From Chiloscyllium plagiosum (Eukaryota), in contig NC_057718.1 in the NCBI RefSeq assembly GCF_004010195.1, positions 90,403,758-90,465,988 on the forward strand: a stretch of 62,231 bases of DNA, written 5' to 3'. This document shows, piece after piece, positions 12,722-25,314 of this stretch (the stretch's first letter is position 1; the number at the start of each line of letters is the position of its first letter). Below the pieces are notes generated by a model, which had not been told where the DNA came from, did not search any database, and saw nothing but the letters and a program-made list of their open reading frames with translations. Position numbers and translations under genes: made by a program.

Positions 12722-14110
12722 ATGTAGGATGTGGACGTCGCTGGCTGGGCCAGCATTTATTGCCCGTCCTTAGTTGCCCCTTGAGAAGGTGGGGGTGAAC
12801 TTTCTTCTTGAACTACTGCAGTCCACCTGCTGTAGGTTAACCCACAATGCTGTGAGGGAGGAAATTCCAGGATTTCGATCCAGCGACAATGAAGGAACGG
12901 TGATATATTTCCAAGTCAGGGTGGTGTGTGGCTTTGAGGGGAATTAGAAGGTGGTGGTGTTCCCATGTATTTGCTCCTCGTGTCCTTCCAGATGGATTTG
13001 GTTGTGGATTTGGAAGGTGCTGTCTGTGGATTTTTGGTGAATTTCTGCACTGCATCTTATAGATAGTACACACTGCTGCTACTGAGTGTCGGTGATGGAT
13101 GCTTGTGGACGTGGTGCCAATCAAATGGGCTGCTTTGTCCCAGATGGTTTCAAGCTTCTTGAGTGTTGTTGGAGCTGCACTCATTCAGGCAAGTGGGAAG
13201 TATTCCATCACACTCCTGACCTGTGCCTTGTAGGTGATGAACAGGCTTTGAGGAGTCAGGAGGTGAGTTACTCACCACAGCATTCCAAGCCTCTGACCTA
13301 CTCTTGTCGCCATTGCGTTTATGTGGTGTGTCCAGCTGAGTTTCTGGTTAATGATAACCCCAAGGATGTTGACAGTGGGGGATGGTAACACCATTGAATG
13401 TCAAGGGGTGGTGGTTAGAGTGCCTCTTATTGGTGCTAGTCATTGCCTGGCATTTGCGTGGAGCAAATGTTACTTGCCACTTGTGAGCCCAAGCCTGGAT
13501 ATTGTCCAGGTCTTGTTGCATTTTAACATGGACTGCTTCAGTGTCTGAGGAATCACGAATGGTGCTGCACATTGTGCAATCATCGATGAACATCCCCACT
13601 TCTGACCTGATGGAGGGAAGGTCATTGGTGAAGCAACTGAAGATGGTTGGGCCGAGGACACTATCCTGAGGAACTTCTGCCGTGATGTCCTGGAGTTGAG
13701 ATGACTGACGTCCAACAACTCGAGAGTTTGCCCCTCTGATACCCATTGATTCCAGTTTTGCCAGGGTACCTTGACAACACACTCAGGTAACTGCAGCCTT
13801 ATTGTCAAGGGATGTCACTCTCACCTCCCCTCTGGAATTCAGCTCTTTTGTCTACGTTTGAACCAAGGCTGGAATGAGGTCAGGAGCCGAGTGGCCCTGG
13901 CAGAACCCAAACTGAGTGTCACTGAGCAGGTTATTGCTGAGCAGCTGCTGCTTGGTAGCACTGTTGGCCCACAGCAACTCATGGGTGCCCAGTCCTGACT
14001 GTCTAGATCTGTTCGAAGTCTGTGCCATTTAGCACAGTGATAGCGTCACACAGCACGATGGGGGTTATTCTCAGTGTGAAGGTGGGACTTTGTCTCCACA
14101 AGGACTGTGT
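12722..14110 (-). mobile_element. CR1-group LINE family 2, RT to 3' end
   Basis: EVPQDSVLGPTIFSCFTNDLP...GMFIDDCT...WQVTFAP; 3' end ...gggcaataaatgctggcccagccagcgacgtccacatcc. Confidence 0.88.
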
Positions 14111-14234
14111 GATGAAACCCAATCTCCAGAGCCCTTGCGCAATTTCTCAGTCTGAGAGCTCTAAACCTCCACTTGTTGGCTGGTTCCTAAAAAGCTGATC
14201 CCTGAGTCTTATGGAATTCTTTAGCCTCTGATCT

Positions 14235-14535
14235 GCACGGTGACTCAGTGGTGAGCACTGCTGCTTCACAGCGCTAGGGTCTCAGGATCAATTCCAGCCT
14301 CAGGTGACTGTCTTGTGGAGTTTGCACATTCTCCCTGTGTCTGTGTGGTGGTGCTCTGGTTTCCTCCTACAGTCCAAATATGTGCAGGTTAGGTGGATTG
14401 GCCATGCTACATTGCCCATATGTTAGGTGTGCTAGTCAGAGGGAAATGGGTCTGGGTGGGTTACTCTTCAGAGGGTTGGTGTGGACTGGTCGTACCAAAA
14501 GTCCTGTTTCCACACTGTAAAGAATCTAATCTAAT
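14235..14535 (+). mobile_element. HE1/V-SINE, diverged
   Basis: A/B boxes, V core, aatct tail. Confidence 0.9.
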
Positions 14536-15121
14536 CGGTCTCCCAAAATTCTCTCCCTTTTCAGGTATCTTTATTTTTGACTTTTTTTCTCAAAAAGTTC
14601 CAAAAATGATAGTGCAAAAGTTCGAAAAACAGGCGTCCGTTTTACACCGTGCTAGTGAAGAATTAGAAAAGCCGTTGGAAACACTGAGCAAGTGAGCTAC
14701 GTTGGTACTGCCTGTGTTACTTGAGGCGAATGCAAGTAAAATTCACAAGACAGTCATTTTTAGGCAGATGAGGCAACAAGCCAATGAGACCATCGAGCAG
14801 TCCTGTGCCTGCCTGAGGGTCCTGGCAGCTGAATGTTACCCTGGTGAAGCTGGACAGTTTGAAAGGGAAATAAATACAAAACGTTGGAGGTACTTCTTCC
14901 AGCCACTTTGAATAAAGACAGAAAGCTTTCAGTGCAACTGTAGCTTACAATCACATTACTGTTCATTGAATCCAGAGCCATTGAAATCGAGGCCACTATA
15001 AACCACATTCCGAGTTCAGTTTTTAAAAAAAAAGTGATATTGGGCCATGGCGAGGCCAGAATTTATTAACCACTCTCGGTTACCCTGGAGAGGCTGGTGT
15101 TGAACTAACATCTTGAACTGT

Positions 15122-15329
15122 GTTAAAAATCACCCAACCACAGGTTATAGTCCAACAGGTTTGTTTGGAAGTACTAGCTTCCGGAGCGTTGCTCTTTCAT
15201 TAGGTAACTAGCTACCTGATGAAGGAGCAGCGCTCTGAAAGCTAGTACTTCCAAATAAACCTGTTGGACTATAATCTAGGGTTGTGTGATTTTTAACTTT
15301 GTACACCCCTATCCAACACCGGCACCTCC
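15122..15329. mobile_element. Miniature fold-back PLE, family B
   Basis: Two inverted HHR arms centred on taggtaactagctacctg; perfect 14-bp TSD acatcttgaactgt (15108-15121, 15330-15343). Confidence 0.9.
15213..15247 (+). ncRNA. Minimal type I hammerhead ribozyme motif, family B
   Basis: UAC CUGAUGA A GGAGC AGC GCUCU GAAA GC UA GUA. Confidence 0.7.
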
Positions 15330-16404
15330 ACATCTTGAACTGTTGCAGTACTTGTCGTGTGTGTACACCCACAGGGAGTTCAAGGATTTTGACCCCAGCG
15401 ACTCTGAAGGAACAGTGATATATTTCCAAGTCATGATGGTGCGTGGCTCAGAGGGAAACCTTCAGGTGGTGGTGGTATTCCCATGTAAAACTGCTCTTGC
15501 CCTTTGAGTTGGCAGAGGTTGTGAGCTTGGAAAGGTCTATTGAAGGAACAAGTTGAGTTACTTCACTGTTCCTGTTTCACCTGCCAGGGAATCCAAAGCA
15601 GTGGCACAAACCGAGGTGGGGACACATCCCCACAATTCTGCCAGCATGGCACTGTTTCCCCACACCGACCTCAATGACCTATTTCCAGTTGGCAACGCAA
15701 ACCCTCTGGAAGTCCTAACTACTTCACTCTTGTTGGTCACTCACCAGAAGAACCAATTAACAGTGTCCCCTAGGTATCCCACTGGAATGCTATCACCAGT
15801 AGAAGCAGATGACCTTGAATATACTCTGGTGCTCTCTTTCAAATGTAGCAAACAACCACATGTGACTGTGACCAATATCTGCTCAGACGGAGGTGTCTCA
15901 TAGCTACAAGAGGCTCCGTTAATACAAGGAGAGGCAAAACAGTGAGAAAATTCCAGATTTGGCTCATTCTCTGCGATGCAGGGAATGAGAAACTTTTCGC
16001 TGTCCAGCAGTGAGAATACTCAATGTAAATGCTAGGGATATTTGAAAGGCTAATCTCGGTTAAGGATGCCAGTATGACCTCTGCACTTTACAGCGTATGT
16101 TGAGCCTTGACACACACGTGTTTTCACAGATCGACACACGACTTCACGTCGTGTACATGATCTTTAAGCGGACCCGTGCTGAACAACATTCTAACCATGT
16201 AAGCCAAAGTACAGTGTCAATGTCAGTAGAAGGAGTTGATAACAAAGTGGCAACAAAACAAGAAGAGGCATTACAACTAGCTCCGATGATTATGAAATAA
16301 CGAAAGGTGCAATGGGAAGGGTGTTTGTAAACAAGCCCTTCTCTGAAAGCTGAGTGATAATGTTACTACAGTAGGAACCTTGAACTCCATACAAGAATTC
16401 GAAG

Positions 16405-16620
16405 GTTTGAAACTCACCATGATAGATGGTGGGATTTGAATTTAATATCATCTGAAACTAAAAGCGAGTCTAATGGTGATTGTTGTTAAAGTGCCCTCTG
16501 GGGAGGAAATTTGCCATCCCTACCTAATCCGACCGACATGTTACTCCAGATCCCCAACAATGCGGTTGATTCTTAACTACTCTTTAGGAAGGTAAATACT
16601 GCTCTTGACATCCATTGTCT
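16405..16620 (+). mobile_element. Second SINE family, fragment
   Basis: gatggtgggatttgaatt...ggaaatttgccatccctacc...caatgcggttgattcttaact; homologous to 28985-29645. Confidence 0.65.
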
Positions 16621-17512
16621 GTGAGCAAGCCAATGATAAACACATGACGAGGTCTTCACAATGTTTGAAACGAGCTCAACAATACAATACTTTCCACAAC
16701 TCTATTGTCATTCTTCCCTCATCATCAAGGGAATGTCTTGTTGATCTAGCCCATAATGCTCACCAGGAATTGTCAAAACCAAAACATATCCTTGGCAAAG
16801 AGTGGGGAACCCAGGATTTGAGTGCAGGGTAGGACACAAAGTCATTCAGTTTTTGCTACATCAAACAACTACAACATCAAAACATTGTGATCCTCTGAAG
16901 ATGTCAGGACTACCTCAAGGACTATGGATCAAGATATGGGTTGAATCCACAGGCTTGCCCACTGGTGAATACTTGCTTGTGGTCATTGATCACTCCTGCA
17001 GCTTCCCAGTCATGCAAATAGTTATGCCCTTTTCAAAGAAAGTAGTTATCCCAACGCTTGACCAGATTTTTGACATCAAAATGGTGAGAAATGACAATGA
17101 ACCAACAATCCCCCCCACCCATTCAACACTGATGAGTTCAGTAAACTTCCAATATCTCAAGATTTCACTCATCAAAAAAATCACACCCCACTGGCCAAGA
17201 GCTAATGGACTGATTGAGGGATGTATGTGGACATTGAGAAAAATGGTCCATATTGGAACAGCTGAGAGCAATTCTTGGAATCATTTCTATCACAAATATA
17301 GAACACCTCCTTACTCAGTACTGAAAGGCCCACTCATCTTTGCACGTCTTATCTCATATGTCTGCCTGAGTTAACAGTCAATGTGCAAGTGCATACAATC
17401 AAGAACAGTAGAATGGAATGGGAGTAAATGCAGAATGAAACATGAAATTCAGAGCCAAAACCAGAAGACGAGCTTGAGAAACATGACAGCAAGCAGACAG
17501 CCCCTTGTGACA

Positions 17513-17733
17513 GGAGAAAGCGAGGCCTGCAGATGCCTGAGAGTCAGAGTCAAAAAGGGTGGTGCTGGAAAAGCACAGCAAGTCAGGCAGCATCCGAGGA
17601 GCAGGAGAGTCGATGTTTCGGGCAGGAGCCCTTCATCAGGAATTCCTGGTGAGGAACTTATGCCCGAAACAACGAGTCTCCTGCTCCTCAGATGCTGCCT
17701 GACCTGCTGTGCTTTTCCAGCACCACACCTTTT
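17513..17733. mobile_element. Miniature fold-back PLE, family A, inside Gypsy
   Basis: Inverted arms centred on aggaattcct; degenerate TSD gccccttgtgaca / gcccctttatgaca (17500-17512, 17734-17747). Confidence 0.87.
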
Positions 17734-17908
17734 GCCCCTTTATGACATCTAACCATTTATGTTGACTGACACAAAATGATTTACAATCACAGCTAAGCAC
17801 AATTTGTTTTATTCATTCAAGGGATATGGGCATACTTGCCTAGGCCAGCATTTATTGTCCATCCCCAGTTGTCCAGAGGGAAGTTAAGAATCTACCACAT
17901 TGCTACGG

Positions 17909-18279
17909 AACAAAAACAGAAATTGCTGGAGAAACTCAGCAGGTCTGGCAGTATCTGTGGACCGAAAACAGAGACATTGAGATGTACAGCACAGAAACAG
18001 ATCCTTCGGTCCAACCCGTCCATGCCGACCAGATATCCCAACCCAATCTAGTCCCACCTGCCAGCACCCGGCCCATATCCCACCAAACCCTTCCTATTCA
18101 TATACCCATGCATTTTAAATGCTGTAATTGTCCCAGCCTCCACCACTTCCTCTGGCAGCTCATTCCATACACACACCACCCTCTGAATGAAAAAGTTGCC
18201 CCTTAGGCCAGTGACCCTTCTTCAGAGCTTTAGTGAAGAAGGCTTACTGGACTCAAAATATTGACTCGATCTTCACTTT
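17909..18279. mobile_element. Miniature fold-back PLE, family C, interrupted by a CR1 tail
   Basis: Centre ccagtgacccttcttcagagctttagtgaagaaggcttactggactcaaaa; TSD accacattgctacgg / atcacattgttatgg (17894-17908, 18280-18294). Confidence 0.75.
17975..18208 (-). mobile_element. CR1 (HER1-like) 3' tail
   Basis: Homologous to 3660-3895. Confidence 0.88.
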
Positions 18280-18407
18280 ATCACATTGTTATGGGTCTGG
18301 AGTCACACATTGCATAGTCTGGGTAAGAACTGCAGTCTCAGGTGAACCAGATTTATGACAACCATTCTGTCAACATTTTAATTCCAGAATTTTACTGAAT
18401 TCAAATC

Positions 18408-18720
18408 TCAGCACTTGATTAGAAAGCTGAGTCTGTTGGGCCTAAATACCTCCTTGTGTAACTGGATCCTTGGCTTCCTGACTGGGACACCCCGGTCAGT
18501 TCGGATTGGCAACAGCATCTCCAACACCATCACACTGAGCACAGGATCTCTCATGGCCAGACTGTGCAACAGTTTGTTATCCTGAGCTATCAGGCTCCTT
18601 AACACTGTATGATCAGACTCTATTCCATCTGAAACTCATGCATGACTTTGAATTGCTGCTAGAGCAATGTTTTATTAACTATCATTCTTTATTACACTGT
18701 AATTTTACCACTGTGCCTAT
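18408..18720 (+). mobile_element. Rex1/Babar LINE fragment, internally deleted
   Basis: Translates as [21 protein letters not shown]...[17 protein letters not shown]. Confidence 0.75.
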
Positions 18721-18841
18721 TGTCTTGACATATTTGGAGGGATATGGGACAAACACAGGCAGGTGGGACTAGTTTAGTTTGGGAACGTGGTCAGCATGGA
18801 CTAATTGAGCTAAAGGGTCTATTTCCATGCTGTTTACCTCT

Positions 18842-19035
18842 ATGACTGTCTGTGTGGAGTTTGCATGTTCTCCCCGTATCTGTGTGGGTTTCTGCCGGGT
18901 GCTCCAGTTTCCCGCCTCAGTCCAAAGATGTGCAGGTTAGGTGGATTGGCCATGGTCAATGCAGGATTAAAGGGTCTTGGTGGGGGTTGGTGTGGACTTG
19001 ATGGGCTGAATGGCCTGCTTCCATATTGATTTCCA
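18842..19035 (+). mobile_element. HE1 SINE fragment
   Basis: V core tgtgtggagtttgcatgttctcccc. Confidence 0.82.
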
Positions 19036-19109
19036 TAGTAGCACATTAGGTTATATCATTCCCAATCAGTCTGTGACATGACGGACTTGCTCCCACTTTA
19101 TCTCTGTTA

Positions 19110-19626
19110 TCCTCTTTCAGCTCACCACCCCATGGAAATACTCCAATCCTCCGTGTCGGTAACTTTCAAAACTCCTCAGCTGTCCGGGCCCTAAACTCTC
19201 GAAATCCCTCCCTCGAGCTCCTTCCTCCTCTGCAACCCTCCTTTAAACCTATCTCCTTGACTGAGATTCTGGTCACCCACCCTAATGGTGAAAGTGGGTA
19301 CTGCAGATGCTGGAGATTTGAGTTAAGATCAGAGTCGTGCTGGAAAAGCACAGCAGGTCACGCAGCATCTGAGGCGCAGGAAAATCAACGTTTCGGGCAA
19401 AAGCCCTTCATTAGGAACCCTTCTAGATGAAGGGCTCTTGCTCGAAACGTCGATTTTCCTGCTCCTCGCATGCTGCCTGACCTGCTGTGCTTTTCCAGCA
19501 CCACTCTAATCTTGACTCACCCACCCAAATCTCTTCTTCTCTGGTCTGCTTCTGTTTTTGTCTCATTTCAGAAGCACGCTACCGTGTCGAAAGGTGCCAC
19601 ATAAATCCAGGTAGTTGTTGTTGTTG
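19110..19626 (+). mobile_element. L2-like LINE 3' end
   Basis: ...aaacctatctccttgac...aaggtgccacataaatccaggtagttgttgttgttg. Confidence 0.55.
19287..19516. mobile_element. Miniature fold-back PLE, family A
   Basis: Inverted arms; TSD tcacccaccctaat / tcacccacccaaat (19273-19286, 19517-19530). Confidence 0.88.
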
Positions 19627-20104
19627 CATAAACAGAGTCACCCTGGGCCTCTTAAGTCAACTGCGAATCATTGACTTTCCAGGCTTGAGTACATACTGTG
19701 TGCGTTGTAATTAGAATCTTTCCAAACCGCTCGAATCCAGTCACAGACTTATCTTTCCCCTCCTCCGCACTCTCACTCCTTCCCCGCTATATATCGATAA
19801 ACTCAATCGGGCCTCTGGAGTAGGCTGTATGCAATCCAATTTTACCCAGTTGCTATGATGGAGTGGACTGCAAGCATTGATTGTATCTCAGGGAGCAGAG
19901 TCTAACAAAGCCTCAGCATGGAGGAGGGACAGCAGTTCTCTGTGTTGTGTGTGTGTTTAGTTTACATCTTTGCAAACAGAGAGCAATGACAACATACATG
20001 CTCTTAAAAGGGCTAAGAAACCATGGCCTTCAGAGAGGGTCGGGGTGGAAATAACTGCCTAATCACCCTAATCTCTCAAACCTCTCACAACCAACAGGGC
20101 GAAA

Positions 20105-20270
20105 TGATGTGGAGATGCTGGTGTTGGACTGGGTTGTACAAAGTTAAATGTCACATAACACCAGGTTATAGTGCAACAGGTTTATTTGGAAGGATAGCTT
20201 TACAGCTCCGAAAGCCGATGCTTCCAAATAAACCTGTTGGACTATAACCTGGTGTTGTGTGATTTTTAAC
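20105..20270. mobile_element. Miniature fold-back PLE, family B
   Basis: Inverted arms; TSD aacagggcgaaa / aacagggtgaaa (20093-20104, 20268-20279). Confidence 0.86.
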
Positions 20271-20527
20271 AGGGTGAAAGGTGGGATATTGCTGCTCGTC
20301 ACATAGTTCAAACAGAGACGCAACATTTTCAAGGTGCTCCAGGCTTTAAAGAGTTAGCTGTTGTCATGGTGCTTAAGTACACAGTCCACACTAGGAAGCT
20401 TCCCTTGCTATTTATTGTATGACAAACTTGTAACTCTCTCGTCGGTACCACAGAATATCAAAGACTTCACAAGGTGATTTCTGTGGGGGTGAAGTCTGTC
20501 GGGTCATAGCTCCAGATTTTACAACCA

Positions 20528-20730
20528 ACAGAGAGTAGTTAGGGTGTGGAATGCCCTGCCTGCAATAGTAGTAGACTTGCCAATTTTAAGGGCATTTAAA
20601 TGGTCATTTGATAAACATATGGACGATAATGGAATAGTGTAGGTTAGATGGGCTTCAGATTGGTTTCACAGGTTGGTGCAAGATCGAGGGCCGAAGGGTC
20701 TATACTGCGCTGGAATGGTCTATGTTCTAT
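20528..20730 (+). mobile_element. CR1 3' tail, second subfamily
   Basis: Reverse complement of 10960-11240 without the PLE insert. Confidence 0.82.
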
Positions 20731-21089
20731 TTGACTTTTCCAGGATGTTGAAACATTCCATGTGCAAACAGCCTTCAGGATGTTAAATCATTCGGAGTGT
20801 TAGAAGGTAGTTCCCTTCCGCCTGTAGTTATGTCCAGCCCTGTGACAGGGGGCCTGAGGTCTCCTTCCATCTGCTTCAGGTGTTCTGCAATAGTTCATCA
20901 CTATGGTTGGGGGGGGGGAGGCGCGGTGGTGGTGGGGGGGGGCTGTTGCACAATCTGTACAATAGCTTGATTAAAACTTGATAAATGTCACTTAAGATTT
21001 TGATTTTCATTACAGGCCCCCCTCGGAGATTGCTTTCATTTATTTGTCCATTTTAAAGTGTAGACAGTACCATGTGACTTTCAGCCCGA

Positions 21090-21347
21090 TATTCCAAGGC
21101 GACTGTCTGTGTGGAGTTTGCACGTTCTCCCCGTGTCTGCGTGGGTTTCCTTCGGGTGCTCCGGTTTCCTCCCACAGTCCAAAGATGTGCAGGTCAGGTG
21201 GATTGGCCATGCTAAATTGCCCCATAGTGTTAGATGCATTAGTCAGAGGGAAATGGGGCTGGGTGGGTTACTCTTTGGAGGGTTGGTGTAGACTTGTTGG
21301 GCCGAAGGGCCTGTTTCCACACTGTAGGGAATCTAATCTAATCTAAT
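21090..21347 (+). mobile_element. HE1 SINE, 5'-truncated
   Basis: V core and (aatct)n tail. Confidence 0.9.
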
Positions 21348-21526
21348 TATCTATCAATGATGTTTCACCTTCCCAGTTCAGGGTGACATTTATGTTCATG
21401 AGAAACCTTTGCACTGTCACTGGATCCCTTCCAAGTGTACAGCATACCTCGAAACACTCCTGGAGTGTTCCAAATCCTTGGTATCTATGGGGACACATGC
21501 CTACAGAATATTCATCCTATTTTTGA

Positions 21527-21970
21527 AACATAGAAATATATAGAATCAGTGCAGGAGTAGGCCTATCAGCCCTTCGAGTCTGCCCTACCTTTCAACATAA
21601 TCATCCCACTCCCATTTTCTCCCCATACCCCTTGATCCCTTTAGCCACAAAGGCCATGTCCAACTCTTTCTTGAACATATTTAATGAACTGGCCCCAACA
21701 GCCAGCTGTGGGAGAGAACTGCACAAGTTCACAAGTCTGAGTGAAAAGATTCTTCCTCATCTCAGTCCTGAATAGCTTACTCCTTATTCTTAGAGTGTGA
21801 CACTCCCAACATTCTTACAGTTCCCATCAGGGTTTTATTCGTTTCTATGCAATCCCCCATGATTTGTCAAAATTCCAGTGAGTACAAGCCCAGTCTTTCT
21901 TCACACGTCAGCACTGGTTTCCCAGGAATCAGTCTGGGGAAACTTCGCTGGATTTCCTCAATAGCAAAAT
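21527..21970 (-). mobile_element. CR1 3' fragment, third subfamily
   Basis: aaacatagaaa...gcaggagtaggcc...agcccttcgagtctgc tail. Confidence 0.75.
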
Positions 21971-22482
21971 TTCCATTTATTAAGATTACAGCTGCAATAA
22001 TTTAACCTGGTTGCGCAACTCTTCACCCACTTACCAACCTACCCTTACCCACTTGGCACCTCACCTAATCACACCCTGCCAACATATCCACATATCCATC
22101 TGACAATATACCTCACAACCAGCTGCCAGTCTATCTCCCTCTTCCATTTACCTTACTTACTCTCAGTTGCTACCAAAGTGGTTTTGGACTGTTAAACCAT
22201 AGAATGAGATGGCTCATGTGACAAATGCGAGATGTGGCTTCAGTGCTGACCCAGTCTGCTCCTGTCTTTGTGGATTCCTGGGTGTGTCTGCACGGTTTCA
22301 ATTAGGAAGACTGCTGACCTAGAGGTTGGCTCAGGCAACTCCTTGGAATTGTAAGTGGGCAACTTTTATTCTGATGTTGGTCAGGGATGTTTCAATATAT
22401 TGTTCAATAACAGACCGGGTTTACTGACGCAAAGGTCTCTCATGGTTTCGACGAACTCCAATTGCGAACATAACTGAGAAAT

Positions 22483-22830
22483 AGTGTGCACTATCTACAA
22501 GACGCTCTGCAGAAATTCACCGAAGATCCTTAGAGAGCACCTTCCAAACCCACAGCCACTTCCATTCAGAAGGGCAAAGGGCAGCAGGTATATGGGAACA
22601 CCACTACCTTCTAGTTCCCCTCCAAGCCACTCTGACGTGGAAATATACAGCCGCTCCATCACTGTCACTGGGTCAAAATCCTGGAATTCCCTCCCTACCG
22701 ACATTGTGGGTCAAACCACAGGAGGTGGACTGCAGCGATTCAAGAAGGCAGCTCACCCCCACCTTCTCAAGGGGCAATTAGGGATGGGCTATCAATGCTG
22801 ACCAGCCAGTGACGTCCAAGTCCCATAAAT
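22483..22830 (+). mobile_element. LINE family 2 3' end
   Basis: Homologous to 12722-13080. Confidence 0.85.
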
Positions 22831-23197
22831 TCAGTTGTCAGCTTTGCATGAATTAATTCTGTTGCATGAAGCCAATCATTTAATAACAAATGATACAAAT
22901 CTCATTTCAGTGATTTTTTTTTCCTTTTCCAAGCGAATGCATCTCAGTAATTTAATGAGCTATAAATTGGAACCTCTTAGTATGTAAGTACCCTTGTTGC
23001 ATTCAAGCCACATATCACTTTCTTGAGGTGGTTAACTCAGTCCCACAATCCCGAATGCCATATGTTTTTCAATGTAAGTAGAAGGTCTTGTATGGAAGTA
23101 GAGGTAGACGATGATGAGCTTGCTGGCAAATATCTTCAATAAATTTCCCCAGCCTGACAGGCTATATTTTGATCTCTATGTTTTGATTTAACAAAAA

Positions 23198-23498
23198 CAC
23201 AGTGGCTCAGTGGTTAGCACTACTGCCTCACAGCACCAGGGTCCCAGGTTTGATTCCGGTCTTGGGCGACTGTCTGTGTGGAGTTTGCACATTCTCCCTG
23301 GGTCTGCGTGGGTTTGCTCTGGTTTCCTCCCACAGTCCAAAGATGTGCAGGTCAGGTGAATTGGCCAGGCTAAATTACCCCATAGTGTTAGGCCAATTAG
23401 TTAGAGGGAAATGGGTCTGGGTGGGTTACTCTTTGGAGGGTTGGTGTGGACTGGTTGGGCCGAAGGGCCTGTTTCCATACTGTAGGGAATCTAATCTA
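23198..23498 (+). mobile_element. HE1/V-SINE
   Basis: A/B boxes, V core, tail. Confidence 0.9.
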
Positions 23499-24949
23499 AA
23501 GAAATTTTAAACATCGCAGACAGTGGTAACAGAATCCTTATTTTATTCATGTATCTCTCCTCCCAGGTCCTTTCATTCATCTATCCATTCAGAGAAATAT
23601 TAACAAATCGAAGTGTGAAAATGAAAGCATTCTGTATTAATCCTGGTAAAATGCACCACTTCACTGGAGTCAAATTGCTTTCCAATTATATACCTATACT
23701 GTAAATGAATTAATGTCTTGGAACACCTTGTGAGGACTGCTGTTCAACAAAGATTTATGTCCATTGGAACACTGTACGTCTCTCCATTAGAAATGTAGTT
23801 ACCCCACTGGCTACCACAGCAAGTGAGGAGCCAATTACTCAGTGGATTCTTTTAGTGGAGTTGGAGTTGAGGGGGGGTTGCTGTTTGGGATTTAGGGTGG
23901 GTGTCAATTCTGGTAGTGGTGGCTCCAGTTCTATTTGGTCCAGGCCAGCGGCAGCAGAGTGGGGTCAGAGGTCGACTCCAGCATGGGCACAGGGGAGCAG
24001 TTGGCGGAGTATTGCGTCACATGGGAGCGCTGATCAGGAAGGGCTGAGGGAGGGAATGGGGTGGGGTGGTGTCAGATCTCCAGGAGATGTCAGGTTAGAG
24101 CCTGGGGAGGGCGTGAGGGATAGAGGAGGGGTATATTTGGGGGTTTGTGTGAGGGAAGTATGGGGTCAGTTCAATAGTTACTCAGGAGTTAGACTTGGCA
24201 CTTAATAGTCTAACCTTTCCTGAGCAAATAATTTACTCAATTTCATCAGAAACCTCAAATTCCCCAGTTTAAGCAGAGACAAACAGAGGGATCCAGGTAT
24301 CAGGAAATTGCCCAGCAGAAGATTCAATGTCCTAGTCATATCCCTCCATGGGGTCCCCAGACACAATTCACATCTACACAATTGTCTGGCTGTCAAAACA
24401 TCTGAGCTATTGTCTGCACTATAAATTTAGGTTTCTCTCATTGACTGTTCAACCTGGAATTATGCAAATCGACTATGGCCATTTGTTAACTTGCAGCAGC
24501 AACTAAACTTTAAAGTAGAGCTCGTTCGCTCTAAATATAATCCATAAGTAGCTCCTTTCTGGCTTTATCTGCCTATGCTCAGATGCTTGATGAATTTGTA
24601 CTTGAATCTCCCGGGCTTTCTGTTCATCACAAAAATTTAAGATTGGCAGGAACGAAACTTTCAACTTTGATTGGTTCGGAGAGCTGAGGGTTCAGTGTGG
24701 TGAAATATGCTTCCCTTTACATGCTGTTACCTGCCATATGTTAGCTGGTTCTAAGCTAATCAAGCAGTAGCCATTGGAAACTATGATATTCTGTTCGATT
24801 GCATGCAGTAAGTACTAAAATTATCTCCCATTCAACACCTACACAATAGCAATATTTATGACTGTGACATTCTACAGTATACAAATAATAGCTATCTTTT
24901 ATCTCTCCACATAAGGCTCAGTGCCATCTGGTCTGTAAAAGCTACTGTC

Positions 24950-25314
24950 CACACAGCACACTCAAATGTAGTCTCACACACACACACGTGCACTACACAC
25001 GTGTACACACACACACACTAACATATACACTACACACGTATACACACATACACTAACACGTACACACACATGTACACACACTAACACATACGCACACACG
25101 TACACTACACACGTATAGACACGCATACACTAACACATACACACACATGTACACCACACACGTATAGATGCACACATACACTAACACGTATGCACATATA
25201 CTCACACACACACTACACACATGTAGACACACATACACTAACACATACACACACACATATGCACACACGTATAAAAACACACATATACACACAAACACAC
25301 ACATCCTTACACCT
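24950..25314 (+). repeat. CA-rich degenerate minisatellite, left arm of an inverted pair
   Basis: Recurrent cactaacacata / cactacacacgt units ending in catccttacacct. Confidence 0.85.

Larger units (their letters stand above)
15035..15550 (-). mobile_element. LINE family 2 3' fragment
   Basis: Homologous to 12730-13030. Confidence 0.75.
14600..17800 (+). mobile_element. Decayed Gypsy LTR retrotransposon internal region with nested insertions
   Basis: Gag-like FRQMRQQANETIEQ..LRVLAAEC (14702-14911); integrase-like GLPTGEYLLVVIDH...ITPHWPRANGLIE (16802-17374). Confidence 0.8.
17810..18407 (-). mobile_element. Second SINE family copy, interrupted
   Basis: Tail ccagcatttattgtccatcccc; body ggtctggagtcacac...ttttaattccagaattttactgaattcaaat. 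Confidence 0.7.
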
